From NCBI GenBank assembly GCA_045630455.1, contig JAZQTD010000048.1:67828-131180 (forward strand): a stretch of 63,353 bases of DNA. Direction: 5' to 3'. A program made the position numbers and the translations under genes. This document shows positions 58,966-63,353 of this stretch, piece by piece. Every line of letters starts with the position of its first letter. Within the stretch, counting starts at the first letter, position 1. The stretch comes from Candidatus Enterousia sp. (GTDB lineage: Bacteria > Pseudomonadota > Alphaproteobacteria > Rs-D84). The notes beneath the pieces are model-generated. The model ran no database searches. It had not been told where the DNA came from and saw nothing but the letters and a program-made list of their open reading frames with translations.

Positions 58966-59963
58966 TAGAAGCGATACATAAAGCCCATTTTGACCATTGG
59001 ATAGAATTTATAATCATCTAAATCCGACTGGGCATCTGCAATCGCCTTGTTTTTGAAGTTATTAACTTCGTCTTTTAATGCATCGCCTGATACAGGTGTC
59101 CAATCGTTGCCATCAAACTTTTGCAGATTTGTAACTGGTACATTCAAATCCAACTCTGCTGCGCGGTTTGTGAATACTAGCCCCGCATCAAGATAGATTT
59201 TGAAGCCGGCAAATAATCCGATGTCAAAACCAGTTCCCAAATATGGTCCGTGGTATTTCCAATCTAAATTTGCTGTTCCGTGTACAGTGTTTCCGGTATA
59301 GGCATATTTTTGTCCTGCTAATTCAAATTCATAGCGACCTGATGGCCCGTCAAATGTACCGCTAATATTTGCATCCATACTCATATCGCCAAATGCGTAA
59401 CCGCCTGTGATGCGCCATGCGCCCAGCAACCAAGTGTCGCCAAATGGGTAAAAGTCAACCAATGCGGCATAATGTGTAGCATCAAATGTACCGTCTGATA
59501 TTGTTAAATCATCGCCAATATCAATACCATCACCAACCGTGTTGTCTATTGTGTTATTGATTAGTGATTTGACTGGTTTTGTTGTTGCAAAATCAAAACG
59601 AATACCAAAGCGTTTGCCCCAGAATGATTCCGCATCTTTGTTTGCATATCCAATAAATCCATTCAAGCCAGAGGTTGCGGATAATCCGGCCCCGATTTGA
59701 AGACCATGAAAAAATCCATGTTCACTTTCAGCGGCTTGTTTTTCTAATTCTTGTTTTTTTGTTTCGCATTCGTGTTTTAATTCTGCCTTGATTTCTTCTT
59801 TTAATTCCAGGCGACGTTGTGCGCGCTCTTCGGCGGACAGTTTTGGTAATGTCACAGTTTCTACTGTTTTATTGGCAACCGCTTCGATCTGGGGCACGGC
59901 ATCTTCGGCAAATGTCGGTGTTACAATAATAGATAGTAATGCAATAATAGATAGTTTTTTCAT
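58965..59963 (-). CDS. Putative outer-membrane beta-barrel protein
   Basis: Signal peptide, short coiled coil, amphipathic strands (VDFYPF, PYLGTG), C-terminal YRF. Confidence 0.75.
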   Translation of the reverse strand: MKKLSIIALLSIIVTPTFAEDAVPQIEAVANKTVETVTLPKLSAEERAQRRLELKEEIKAELKHECETKKQELEKQAAESEHGFFHGLQIGAGLSATSGLNGFIGYANKDAESFWGKRFGIRFDFATTKPVKSLINNTIDNTVGDGIDIGDDLTISDGTFDATHYAALVDFYPFGDTWLLGAWRITGGYAFGDMSMDANISGTFDGPSGRYEFELAGQKYAYTGNTVHGTANLDWKYHGPYLGTGFDIGLFAGFKIYLDAGLVFTNRAAELDLNVPVTNLQKFDGNDWTPVSGDALKDEVNNFKNKAIADAQSDLDDYKFYPMVKMGFMYRF

Positions 59964-60094
59964 ACGTCCTTCCTTAGGTCTTGTTTAGTTAATGAATACA
60001 TTCCTATATTATAAATTATTTTATGCAATTAACCAACAAAAAACATTGTAAAAACCTGTTTTAAATAGGCGTTTTTTATGATATAATGATAGGC

Positions 60095-61297
60095 ATGAAA
60101 ACCAAGATTTTATTTTTATCGTCCCTAGTGTGTTTATGCGGGACGGGCATCGCCCGCGCATCTGATTGTGTGGATTGCGATATTGAACCAACGGTCACGG
60201 CGCCGACTGTATTAACAACAGATTCTTATGTTCCCTACATAGAAACTGGCTGGCTTGATTACGAGGTTGTATCAACTCGTCCTGTGCCTGCTAAGATGCT
60301 ACATATCAAGCCTGTGCCGACGGACAAGCGTACTCCGCTATGGGACGGGACGCATGGTGAAACTGTGCCTTTGGGTTTTGACAAGACTGTAGATTGGCGC
60401 AATGGTGTGCCGATTTGGGATGATTCTATATCTGATTACAGAAACAAAGACTTTTCGGATTGGTTTATCGAACCTGCACCAGAAATTTATGTAAGAGAGG
60501 TCGGTGCGTCACACTCTGTTACGCCCCAAGAAATGTATGAGCAAAATATGATGGATGCCGCGGCTACGCGTCAGCGTGTCGAAGAATTGTTGGCGCCAAA
60601 AAAGCCCAGTGCGAATTTATGGTTTACAAATATGCCACCGACGCCAAAGCCGGTCGTAGAAAATGTTTCGATTGAAATGACCGATACGTATGTTTTTGAT
60701 GATGGCTGTCCATTTGATACAGAAACAGAATGTGAAATATGGCGTCGTAAACCTATTGTGCGCGAAGCGGTCACGCCACGCAGCAAAACAATTCGTTCGT
60801 ACAATATGAATCCGTTGATTGATGCGTTACAGTGTAACAAAGGCATAACTGCAAATGACGTTGTTGCTGCACCATTGTTGGAACGTTACAAGATGCTAAT
60901 GAAATCCGCCCAAGCGTGCTGTACAGACGGTATGGCATACGCTCTAAAAGGCGCAGGTGCGTCAGATGGGTTGATTTATAAATTTATGGCAGATGACGCG
61001 AATTTTTATGGTTTGGGTGCACGTTGTTTGATGATGACGGATTATGATTTAGATACTAAATATCCAAATACGGCAACTGCGGCGGTGGCGGCGGATGTGC
61101 GTAACGGTTGTCTGTGTCGTAATCGTGGTTGGTTTGAATCTATGCTGGCCCCATTTAGTCAGGCATACGATGCAGTGCCAGAATTCAAAGACGCGCTGTT
61201 TAATTATACATATATAGATGGCTTGAAACGTGAAATCACTGTATCGGTTAATAACGATGTGCAAAATGTATTAAAACAGTTATCACAATGTCCATAA
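60095..61297 (+). CDS. Hypothetical secreted cysteine-containing protein
   Basis: Signal peptide ending ARA; CC and CxC motifs; start follows TATAAT by 7 nt. Confidence 0.7.
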   Translation: MKTKILFLSSLVCLCGTGIARASDCVDCDIEPTVTAPTVLTTDSYVPYIETGWLDYEVVSTRPVPAKMLHIKPVPTDKRTPLWDGTHGETVPLGFDKTVDWRNGVPIWDDSISDYRNKDFSDWFIEPAPEIYVREVGASHSVTPQEMYEQNMMDAAATRQRVEELLAPKKPSANLWFTNMPPTPKPVVENVSIEMTDTYVFDDGCPFDTETECEIWRRKPIVREAVTPRSKTIRSYNMNPLIDALQCNKGITANDVVAAPLLERYKMLMKSAQACCTDGMAYALKGAGASDGLIYKFMADDANFYGLGARCLMMTDYDLDTKYPNTATAAVAADVRNGCLCRNRGWFESMLAPFSQAYDAVPEFKDALFNYTYIDGLKREITVSVNNDVQNVLKQLSQCP

Positions 61298-61300
61298 AGG

Positions 61301-61323
61301 AACCGCCGTTTGGCGGTTTTTTT
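61301..61323 (+). terminator. Intrinsic terminator
   Basis: AACCGCCGTTTGGCGGTTTTTTT. Confidence 0.75.
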
Positions 61324-61390
61324 ATAAATATTTGCGTATATGTTTTTTCGTTGTTATAATTTGTTGCGAATAAAAGCCTAAGGGAAAAAT

Positions 61391-61993
61391 ATGTTAAAGA
61401 AAACAGAAGTTGTTGTATTTGATTTTGATGGTACCTTGTCTGCGCGTGATTCAAATGTCGAATTTGCGAAGTATTGCTTCAAACATTCGGCGCGTCCATG
61501 GTTGTTTTTGCCATTGATGATGGTGTGTGGTGTTATTCGTTGGATACGTCCGCATGGGTTGTGGTGGCGTGAAAATATTCGTCGTTTTTTAACACCGCAA
61601 ATGGTTAAAAAATTTGCGCCTGATTTTATTAAACAGCATAAACGTGAACGCTTTGGCTGGGCCAAAGAGCGTGTGCAAGCCGAACGCGATGCGGGTCGTA
61701 CGGTTGTATTGATTTCTGCCAGTACAGATTATTTAATTCCGCACTTGGTGCGTGATATAAAATTTGACGCTGTGCTTTGTTCGCGTATGGATAAAAAATG
61801 CCCGTGGAAATATGAAAGTATTTGCTGGGGTGTTAAAAAGGTGTATGCACTGGACGAATGGGCAAAACAGAACAAAATGATTCCGCATGTTGTGCGTTCT
61901 TATTCGGACAGTAAATCTGATATGCCAATGATGGAAATCGCAGACGAGCGTGTCTGGATTAACCGCAAAACAGGCATGCGAAAAGAAGCCTAG
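61391..61993 (+). CDS. HAD-IB family hydrolase
   Basis: FDFDGTL, ISAS, K, YSDSKSDMPM. Confidence 0.9.
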   Translation: MLKKTEVVVFDFDGTLSARDSNVEFAKYCFKHSARPWLFLPLMMVCGVIRWIRPHGLWWRENIRRFLTPQMVKKFAPDFIKQHKRERFGWAKERVQAERDAGRTVVLISASTDYLIPHLVRDIKFDAVLCSRMDKKCPWKYESICWGVKKVYALDEWAKQNKMIPHVVRSYSDSKSDMPMMEIADERVWINRKTGMRKEA

Positions 61994-62028
61994 TGATTTG
62001 ATATAGATAAAAATGTTAAAGTGTTTCT

Positions 62029-62325
62029 ATGGCTGTCCTAGAAACACTTTTTGATGTATTAAGCGCTTCAATCGGTGCGACGATTGGCGTGTTTGTTGGT
62101 TTTATACTTAATCGCAAAAGTCGCAAAAAAATGGCAAACCAGGTCGTGGTCAGTCGCCAAGCTTTAGATAAAATAAAGCTGGAAAATACAGAATTATTAA
62201 AGCGTATCCAAGACAAAGAGAATGTTATCTTAAAAATGCAGATGCAAATTCTGGGCGATGGCGCGGATAATCAAAAAGATAAAGTCAATAAAAAGAAAAA
62301 AAATAGTGGTGACGGTAAACAGTAG
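62029..62325 (+). CDS. Small membrane-anchored coiled-coil protein
   Basis: N-terminal transmembrane helix, basic patch, coiled coil. Confidence 0.6.
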   Translation: MAVLETLFDVLSASIGATIGVFVGFILNRKSRKKMANQVVVSRQALDKIKLENTELLKRIQDKENVILKMQMQILGDGADNQKDKVNKKKKNSGDGKQ

Positions 62326-62360
62326 ATTGTTGTCTTTTTATATTTGCTCTTTGCTTATTG

Positions 62361-62389
62361 AAAAAATCCCGATAAGACGGGATTTTTTT
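62361..62389 (+). terminator. Intrinsic terminator
   Basis: AAAAAATCCCG-ATAAGA-CGGGATTTTTTT. Confidence 0.75.
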
Positions 62390-62451
62390 ATTGTAAAAAA
62401 CTTATTTCAGTATAATATATAATCGTTTAAGAAAATAAGGGATTAAAAACA

Positions 62452-63353
62452 ATGCCAGCAAAAACAGTTAATGATATTGTCGCTTTATGCAAACGTCGTG
62501 GGTTTATTTTTACAGGCTCTGAAATTTATGGGGGCTTGGGTGGCGCATATGACTATGGTCCATACGGTGTAGAATTAATGAAGAATATTCGTAACGCGTG
62601 GTGGAATGCGATGATTTATTCCAGAAACGATGTCGAAGGTCTGGATGCTGCGCTGATTTCTAATCGCCTGATGTGGAAATACTCTGGACATGAAGCGGGC
62701 TTTTCCGACCCATTGGTTGAATGTAAAAAGTGCGGCACTCGTATGCGTCAAGATAAAATGAAAGACGTAACAAAATGCGACAACTGTGGCAGCACAGAAA
62801 TCACAGAACCACGCGCATATCAACTGATGATGGGGTTGTCTATTGGGGCGACTGCTGACGGTGCGATAAATGCATATTTGCGTCCTGAAACAGCGACAAC
62901 GACTTATATAAACTTTAAAAATGTTTTGGATGCACGTCCACATAAATTGCCATTTGGTATTGCACAAATCGGCAAGGCATTCCGTAATGAAATTTCCCCA
63001 CGCGGTTTTGTATTCCGTATGCGTGAATTTGAACAGGCAGAAATGCAGTACTTTGTAAATCCAGCTGACGATGAAAAATTCCATGAAATGTGGATGCAAG
63101 AACGCTTGGCATGGTGGATAAATGTATTAGGAATCCCCGCGGAAAAGTTGCGTTTTGCACCACACGATAAATTGGCGCACTATGCCAAGGCGGCCGTTGA
63201 CATTGAATACGAATTCCCAGATGGCTTTGACGAAGTCGAAGGTATCCACAATCGTCAAGACTTTGATTTAGGTTCACATACCAAGGCCCAGGGTGATTTT
63301 AAAATCAACGCAAATGTTTTGGAAAACAAAGACAGCACAACAAAATTGTCTTA
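62452..63353 (+). CDS. glyQS: Glycine--tRNA ligase, alpha2 (homodimeric) type (partial, runs off window end)
   Basis: Manual translation: LCKRRGFIF..SEIYGG...YDYGPYG, LRPETA, PFGIAQIGKAFRNEI.PR.F.FR.REFEQ.E, AHYAK. Confidence 0.93.
   Translation, partial: MPAKTVNDIVALCKRRGFIFTGSEIYGGLGGAYDYGPYGVELMKNIRNAWWNAMIYSRNDVEGLDAALISNRLMWKYSGHEAGFSDPLVECKKCGTRMRQDKMKDVTKCDNCGSTEITEPRAYQLMMGLSIGATADGAINAYLRPETATTTYINFKNVLDARPHKLPFGIAQIGKAFRNEISPRGFVFRMREFEQAEMQYFVNPADDEKFHEMWMQERLAWWINVLGIPAEKLRFAPHDKLAHYAKAAVDIEYEFPDGFDEVEGIHNRQDFDLGSHTKAQGDFKINANVLENKDSTTKLS

Overview
This is a gene-dense, mostly housekeeping chromosomal segment. The DUF4167-like and DUF3426-like genes, the LptF-LptD-SurA order and the GyrA C-terminal insertion point to an alphaproteobacterium, and the eroded operons suggest a reduced, probably host-associated lineage (inference). 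It carries accBC, mreB, rsmG-parA-parB, der, rlmN, lptFD-surA, nusA-infB, tRNA-Val, pnp, mnmE, ruvA, dnaX, PBP1A, mraY-ftsW-murG, comF, rpmH, gyrA, efp, fba and an alpha2-type GlyRS. I saw no CRISPR array, IS element, integrase or prophage. Two signals stand out. (1) A 16-bp palindrome, RCCGGYAWWTRCCGGY, occurs 7 times around parAB, twice inside coding sequence, next to a ParB with altered DNA-specificity residues; this is a candidate non-canonical parS. (2) Three tandem PilV/shufflon-N-like prepilins with no recombinase nearby, plus a PilS-like pilin, form a candidate chromosomal type IVb pilus that may have a heterotrimeric tip. All family calls come from motif recognition by eye, not database searches.
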